Virus record (IMG/VR): IMGVR_UViG_2875697941_000003 | From: a virus | Taxonomy: Duplodnaviria > Heunggongvirae > Uroviricota > Caudoviricetes | DNA: 54,981 bases | Direction: 5' to 3' (one strand) | In this document: piece by piece, positions 49,595 to 54,981 of the stretch | How the letters are laid out: each line of letters opens with the position of its first letter | Position numbering within the stretch: the first letter of the stretch is position 1 | Notes under the pieces: generated by a model | Told to the model about the DNA's origin: nothing | The model's database searches: none | What the model saw: only the letters and a program-made list of their open reading frames with translations | Translations under genes and position numbers: made by a program

Positions 49595-52195
49595 ATGAGC
49601 ACAAAACCACTCTTCCTGTTACGGAAAGCGAAAAAATCATCCGGTGAACCTGACGTCGTCCTGTGGGCAAGCAACGATTTTGAATCGACCTGTGCCACTC
49701 TGGACTACCTGATCGTTAAGTCAGGTAAAAAACTGAGCAGCTATTTTAAAGCTGTTGCCACGAATTTTCCTGTCGTTAATGACCTGCCCGCTGAAGGTGA
49801 GATCGATTTTACCTGGAGTGAACGCTATCAACTCAGCAAAGACTCCATGACATGGGAACTAAAACCGGGAGCAGCACCAGACAACGCTCACTATCAAGGC
49901 AATACCAACGTCAACGGCGAAGACATGACTGAGATTGAGGAGAATATGCTACTCCCAATTTCTGGCCAGGAACTGCCCATTCGTTGGCTTGCTCAACACG
50001 GCAGCGAAAAACCGGTAACGCACGTTTCACGCGACGGACTCCAGGCATTACACATTGCTCGAGCTGAAGAACTACCGGCTGTTACTGCCCTGGCTGTTTC
50101 CCACAAAACCAGCCTGCTCGACCCGCTGGAAATTCGCGAACTCCACAAACTGGTTCGTGACACTGACAAAGTTTTCCCTAATCCTGGTAATTCAAACCTG
50201 GGACTGATAACTGCTTTTTTCGAAGCATACCTGAACGCTGACTACACCGATCGAGGACTGCTGACAAAAGAGTGGATGAAGGGTAATCGTGTTTCACACA
50301 TCACTTGCACGGCTTCCGGTGCTAATGCTGGCGGCGGAAACCTCACCGATCGCGGCGAAGGTTTCGTACACGATCTGACGTCACTGGCGCGCGACGTAGC
50401 CACTGGCGTACTGGCCCGTTCAATGGATCTGGACATCTATAACCTTCATCCGGCACACGCTAAACGCATTGAGGAAATTATCGCTGAAAATAAACCGCCC
50501 TTTTCTGTTTTCCGCGACAAATTCATCACCATGCCTGGCGGGCTGGATTATTCCCGCGCCATCGTGGTTGCGTCCGTAAAAGAAGCACCAATTGGGATCG
50601 AGGTCATCCCCGCGCACGTCACTGAATATCTGAACAAAGTACTGACTGAAACCGATCATGCCAACCCTGATCCGGAAATCGTGGATATTGCCTGCGGTCG
50701 CTCCTCTGCCCCGATGCCGCAGCGAGTAACAGAAGAAGGAAAACAGGATGATGAAGAAAAACCGCAACCATCTGGAACAACGGCAGTTGAACAGGGAGAG
50801 GCTGAAACAATGGAACCGGACGCAACTGAACATCATCAGGACACGCAGCCGCTGGATGCTCAGTCACAGGTAAATTCTGTTGATGCGAAATATCAGGAAC
50901 TGCGGGCAGAACTCCATGAAGCCCGGAAAAACATTCCATCAAAAAATCCTGTCGATGCCGATAAATTGCTTGCTGCATCACGTGGTGAATTTGTTGACGG
51001 AATTAGCGACCCGAACGATCCGAAATGGGTAAAGGGGATCCAGACTCGCGATTGTGTGTACCAGAACCAGCCAGAAACGGAAAAAACCAGCCCAGATATG
51101 AATCAACCTGAGCCAGTAGTGCAACAGGAACCGGAAATAGCCTGCAATGCCTGCGGCCAGACTGGCGGGGATAACTGCCCTGACTGTGGTGCGGTGATGG
51201 GCGACGCAACATACCAGGAAACATTCGATGAAGAGAGTCAGGTTGAAGCTAAGGAAAATGATCCGGAGGAAATGGAAGGCGCTGAACATCCGCACAATGA
51301 GAATGCTGGCAGCGATCCGCATCGCGATTGCAGTGATGAAACTGGCGAAGTCGCAGATCCCGTAATCGTAGAAGACATAGAGCCAGGTATTTATTACGGA
51401 ATTTCGAATGAGAATTACCACGCGGGTCCCGGTATCAGTAAGTCTCAGCTCGATGACATTGCTGATACTCCGGCACTATATTTGTGGCGTAAAAATGCCC
51501 CCGTGGACACCACAAAGACAAAAACGCTCGATTTAGGAACTGCTTTCCACTGCCGGGTACTTGAACCGGAAGAATTCAGTAACCGCTTTATCGTAGCACC
51601 TGAATTTAACCGCCGTACAAACGCCGGAAAAGAAGAAGAGAAAGCGTTTCTGATGGAATGCGCAAGCACAGGAAAAACGGTTATCACTGCGGAAGAAGGC
51701 CGGAAAATTGAACTCATGTATCAAAGCGTTATGGCTTTGCCGCTGGGGCAATGGCTTGTTGAAAGCGCCGGACACGCTGAATCATCAATTTACTGGGAAG
51801 ATCCTGAAACAGGAATTTTGTGTCGGTGCCGTCCGGACAAAATTATCCCTGAATTTCACTGGATCATGGACGTGAAAACTACGGCGGATATTCAACGATT
51901 CAAAACCGCTTATTACGACTACCGCTATCACGTTCAGGATGCGTTCTACAGTGACGGTTATGAAGCACAGTTTGGAGTGCAGCCAACTTTCGTTTTTCTG
52001 GTTGCCAGCACAACTATTGAATGCGGACGTTATCCGGTTGAAATTTTCATGATGGGCGAAGAAGCAAAACTGGCAGGTCAACAGGAATATCACCGCAATC
52101 TGCGAACCCTGTCTGACTGCCTGAATACCGATGAATGGCCAGCTATTAAGACATTATCACTGCCCCGCTGGGCTAAGGAATATGCAAATGACTAA
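49595..52195 (+). CDS. recE: Exodeoxyribonuclease VIII (RecE), 866 aa
   Basis: Full-length match to K-12 RecE as recalled ([24 protein letters not shown]...RWAKEYAND). Confidence 0.95.
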   Translation: MSTKPLFLLRKAKKSSGEPDVVLWASNDFESTCATLDYLIVKSGKKLSSYFKAVATNFPVVNDLPAEGEIDFTWSERYQLSKDSMTWELKPGAAPDNAHYQGNTNVNGEDMTEIEENMLLPISGQELPIRWLAQHGSEKPVTHVSRDGLQALHIARAEELPAVTALAVSHKTSLLDPLEIRELHKLVRDTDKVFPNPGNSNLGLITAFFEAYLNADYTDRGLLTKEWMKGNRVSHITCTASGANAGGGNLTDRGEGFVHDLTSLARDVATGVLARSMDLDIYNLHPAHAKRIEEIIAENKPPFSVFRDKFITMPGGLDYSRAIVVASVKEAPIGIEVIPAHVTEYLNKVLTETDHANPDPEIVDIACGRSSAPMPQRVTEEGKQDDEEKPQPSGTTAVEQGEAETMEPDATEHHQDTQPLDAQSQVNSVDAKYQELRAELHEARKNIPSKNPVDADKLLAASRGEFVDGISDPNDPKWVKGIQTRDCVYQNQPETEKTSPDMNQPEPVVQQEPEIACNACGQTGGDNCPDCGAVMGDATYQETFDEESQVEAKENDPEEMEGAEHPHNENAGSDPHRDCSDETGEVADPVIVEDIEPGIYYGISNENYHAGPGISKSQLDDIADTPALYLWRKNAPVDTTKTKTLDLGTAFHCRVLEPEEFSNRFIVAPEFNRRTNAGKEEEKAFLMECASTGKTVITAEEGRKIELMYQSVMALPLGQWLVESAGHAESSIYWEDPETGILCRCRPDKIIPEFHWIMDVKTTADIQRFKTAYYDYRYHVQDAFYSDGYEAQFGVQPTFVFLVASTTIECGRYPVEIFMMGEEAKLAGQQEYHRNLRTLSDCLNTDEWPAIKTLSLPRWAKEYAND

Positions 52196-52997
52196 GCAAC
52201 CACCAATCGCAAAAGCCGATCTGCAAAAAACTCAGGGAAACCGTGCACCAGCAGCAGTTAAAAATAGCGACGTGATTAGTTTTATTAACCAGCCATCAAT
52301 GAAAGAGCAACTGGCAGCAGCTCTTCCACGCCATATGACGGCTGAACGTATGATCCGTATCGCCACCACAGAAATTCGTAAAGTTCCGGCGTTAGGAAAC
52401 TGTGACACTATGAGTTTTGTCAGTGCGATCGTACAGTGTTCACAGCTCGGACTTGAGCCAGGTAGCGCCCTCGGTCATGCATATTTACTGCCTTTTGGTA
52501 ATAAAAACGAAAAGAGCGGTAAAAAGAACGTTCAGCTAATCATTGGCTATCGCGGCATGATTGATCTGGCTCGCCGTTCTGGTCAAATCGCCAGCCTGTC
52601 AGCCCGTGTTGTCCGTGAAGGTGACGAGTTTAGCTTCGAATTTGGCCTTGATGAAAAGTTAATACACCGCCCGGGAGAAAACGAAGATGCCCCGGTTACC
52701 CACGTCTATGCTGTCGCAAGACTGAAAGACGGAGGTACTCAGTTTGAAGTTATGACGCGCAAACAGATTGAGCTGGTGCGCAGCCTGAGTAAAGCTGGTA
52801 ATAACGGGCCGTGGGTAACTCACTGGGAAGAAATGGCAAAGAAAACGGCTATTCGTCGCCTGTTCAAATATCTGCCCGTATCAATTGAGATCCAGCGTGC
52901 AGTATCAATGGATGAAAAGGAACCACTGACAATCGATCCTGCAGATTCCTCTGTATTAACCGGGGAATACAGTGTAATCGATAATTCAGAGGAATAA
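52188..52997 (+). CDS. recT: Recombination protein RecT (single-strand annealing), 269 aa
   Basis: [22 protein letters not shown]...; start overlaps recE stop. Confidence 0.95.
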   Translation: MTKQPPIAKADLQKTQGNRAPAAVKNSDVISFINQPSMKEQLAAALPRHMTAERMIRIATTEIRKVPALGNCDTMSFVSAIVQCSQLGLEPGSALGHAYLLPFGNKNEKSGKKNVQLIIGYRGMIDLARRSGQIASLSARVVREGDEFSFEFGLDEKLIHRPGENEDAPVTHVYAVARLKDGGTQFEVMTRKQIELVRSLSKAGNNGPWVTHWEEMAKKTAIRRLFKYLPVSIEIQRAVSMDEKEPLTIDPADSSVLTGEYSVIDNSEE

Positions 52998-53053
52998 TTC
53001 AGCCTGGCGGTGTAATGCACCGCCAACTTGAAATATTTTTTATGAGAAAAATT

Positions 53054-53248
53054 ATGAGATATGACAATGTTAAACCATGTCCATTTTGTGGTTGTCCATC
53101 AGTAACGGTGAAAGCCATTTCAGGATATTACCGAGCGAAGTGTAACGGATGCGAATCCCGAACCGGTTATGGTGGAAGTGAAAAAGAAGCACTCGAAAGA
53201 TGGAATAAACGAACCACTGGAAATAATAATGGAGGTGTTCATGTATAA
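53054..53248 (+). CDS. ralR: RalR / Lar restriction-alleviation protein (64 aa, Cys-rich)
   Basis: MRYDNVKPCPFCGCPSVTVKAISGYYRAKCNGCESR...; position between recT and ydaC. Confidence 0.75.
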   Translation: MRYDNVKPCPFCGCPSVTVKAISGYYRAKCNGCESRTGYGGSEKEALERWNKRTTGNNNGGVHV

Positions 53249-53450
53249 AATTACCGCCACTATTGAAAAGGAAGGTGGCACTCCTACTAACTGGACAAGA
53301 TATTCAAAATCTAAACTAACGAAATCAGAATGCGAAAAAATGCTCTCAGGTAAAAAAGAAGCAGGCGTTTCCAGAGAGCAGAAAGTAAAACTGATAAATT
53401 TTAATTGCGAGAAACTTCAGTCCTCGAGAATTGCATTGTATTCAAATTAA
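53241..53450 (+). CDS. ydaC: YdaC-like protein (69 aa)
   Basis: ATG with GGAGGTG SD; size and order as in Rac. Confidence 0.6.
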   Translation: MYKITATIEKEGGTPTNWTRYSKSKLTKSECEKMLSGKKEAGVSREQKVKLINFNCEKLQSSRIALYSN

Positions 53451-53528
53451 AACTTCATAGCTGATTATTAATAATCAACATCGGGCGTCAATTTCAGTCT
53501 AACATTGGCGCCTGCCAGAGGTGATGCG

Positions 53529-53744
53529 ATGGCACAAGTAATCTTTAATGAAGAGTGGATGGTTGAATACGGCCTGATGCTTCGCACTGGTCTGGGGGCC
53601 AGACAAATTGAAGCATACCGCCAGAACTGTTGGGTGGAGGGCTTCCACTTCAAACGAGTATCTCCTTTAGGTAAGCCAGACAGCAAACGAGGGATTATCT
53701 GGTACAACTATCCAAAGATAAATCAGTTTATCAAAGACTCATGA
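53529..53744 (+). CDS. xisR: Excisionase (Xis / AlpA-like), 71 aa
   Basis: Small HTH protein directly upstream of the integrase; stop overlaps int start. Confidence 0.75.
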   Translation: MAQVIFNEEWMVEYGLMLRTGLGARQIEAYRQNCWVEGFHFKRVSPLGKPDSKRGIIWYNYPKINQFIKDS

Positions 53745-53745
53745 T

Positions 53746-54981
53746 ATGTCTAAATTACCAACAGGTGTCGAGATTAGAGGTAGATACATTCGCATCTGGT
53801 TCATGTTTCGAGGAAAACGATGTCGGGAAACATTAAAAGGCTGGGAGATTACAAACAGTAATATTAAAAAGGCCGGAAATTTAAGAGCGCTGATAGTTCA
53901 TGAAATAAACTCCGGTGAATTTGAGTATTTAAGACGTTTTCCCCAGTCCAGCACTGGGGCAAAAATGGTGACAACGAGAGTCATAAAAACGTTCGGAGAG
54001 CTTTGTGATATCTGGACAAAAATTAAAGAGACAGAGTTAACAACAAACACAATGAAGAAAACGAAATCACAATTAAAAACACTCAGAATAATAATTTGTG
54101 AAAGTACCCCGATATCACATATTCGTTATAGCGATATCTTAAACTACCGGAATGAACTGCTGCATGGAGAAACGCTTTACCTGGATAATCCAAGATCCAA
54201 CAAAAAAGGAAGAACCGTGCGCACAGTTGATAACTATATCGCCCTGCTCTGTTCGCTGTTGCGTTTTGCGTATCAGTCGGGATTTATATCAACCAAACCA
54301 TTTGAAGGAGTAAAAAAATTACAGCGAAACAGAATAAAGCCTGATCCGTTATCTAAAACAGAATTCAATGCATTAATGGAAAGTGAAAAAGGACAGAGCC
54401 AGAACTTGTGGAAATTTGCCGTTTACTCAGGACTTCGTCACGGGGAACTGGCAGCTCTGGCGTGGGAGGATGTGGATCTCGAAAAGGGAATAGTGAATGT
54501 CAGAAGAAACCTGACGATACTTGATATGTTCGGTCCCCCAAAAACAAATGCCGGGATCCGAACAGTAACACTACTGCAGCCTGCTCTTGAAGCACTGAAG
54601 GAGCAATACAAACTGACCGGGCATCATCGCAAAAGCGAAATCACCTTTTATCATCGGGAGTACGGCAGAACCGAAAAGCAAAAACTGCATTTTGTTTTCA
54701 TGCCCAGGGTGTGTAACGGAAAACAAAAACCTTATTACTCGGTAAGCAGTTTGGGGGCAAGGTGGAATGCAGCAGTAAAACGTGCTGGTATTCGCCGCCG
54801 TAATCCGTACCATACGCGGCATACTTTTGCCTGCTGGCTGTTGACGGCAGGAGCGAACCCGGCATTTATAGCCAGCCAAATGGGGCATGAAACTGCGCAG
54901 ATGGTGTATGAAATTTACGGTATGTGGATTGATGACATGAACGACGAACAGATAGCCATGTTGAATGCGCGGTTATCGTAG
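53746..54981 (+). CDS. intR: Tyrosine site-specific integrase (phage integrase family), 411 aa
   Basis: C-terminal catalytic region with conserved R, HxxR and Y (NPYHTRHTFA...MGHETAQMVYEIYG); stop codon is the last three bases of the window. Confidence 0.9.
   Translation: MSKLPTGVEIRGRYIRIWFMFRGKRCRETLKGWEITNSNIKKAGNLRALIVHEINSGEFEYLRRFPQSSTGAKMVTTRVIKTFGELCDIWTKIKETELTTNTMKKTKSQLKTLRIIICESTPISHIRYSDILNYRNELLHGETLYLDNPRSNKKGRTVRTVDNYIALLCSLLRFAYQSGFISTKPFEGVKKLQRNRIKPDPLSKTEFNALMESEKGQSQNLWKFAVYSGLRHGELAALAWEDVDLEKGIVNVRRNLTILDMFGPPKTNAGIRTVTLLQPALEALKEQYKLTGHHRKSEITFYHREYGRTEKQKLHFVFMPRVCNGKQKPYYSVSSLGARWNAAVKRAGIRRRNPYHTRHTFACWLLTAGANPAFIASQMGHETAQMVYEIYGMWIDDMNDEQIAMLNARLS

Noticed and set aside
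50242-52093. Several 60-150 aa ORFs antisense to recE
   Set aside because: recE is a confident full-length call; the antisense ORFs have no RBS and odd composition.
1-54981. CRISPR arrays, rRNA and tRNA genes
   Set aside because: No regularly spaced direct repeats with unique spacers and no rRNA- or tRNA-like sequence seen; the only periodic repeats are the iterons and the duplication artifacts.

Overview
This window is almost entirely one lambdoid prophage of the Rac family (E. coli-type), reverse-complemented relative to E. coli K-12 Rac and, unlike the K-12 remnant, apparently intact. Reading right to left: tyrosine integrase (window ends at its stop codon), excisionase, RalR/Lar, RecT, RecE, RacC, YdaE, KilR, SieB, YdaF/YdaG, a RacR-like repressor divergent from a Cro-like gene, an O-like replication gene carrying iterons, a ~7.5 kb non-phage cargo island (DUF-type protein, MFS transporter, ChaC-like enzyme, LysR regulator, DUF2254 membrane protein, BetT-like BCCT transporter), nin-region genes, a Q-like gene, two moron lipoproteins whose C-termini resemble TolA domain III, a phage-21-type lysis cassette (S21 pinholin, SAR endolysin, Rz/Rz1), TrkG, a ParB-like nuclease plus GT-A glycosyltransferase-like pair, terminase, portal, capsid, a complete lambda-like tail module (G/GT with a -1 frameshift site, H, M, L, K, I, J), Lom, side tail fibre StfR/TfaR and the PinR invertase. 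The sequence carries clear assembly damage: five 21-N gaps each flanked by an exact 129-bp duplication, two N-free tandem duplications (136 and 133 bp) that break J and K, and staggered divergent duplications with single-N junctions in the lysis cassette. Product calls rest on my recollection of lambda, phage 21 and K-12 Rac protein sequences and on gene order; no database search was run. The most interesting candidates are the TolA-III-like lipoprotein morons, the GT-A/ParB pair in the packaging module, the iteron clusters and the cargo island.
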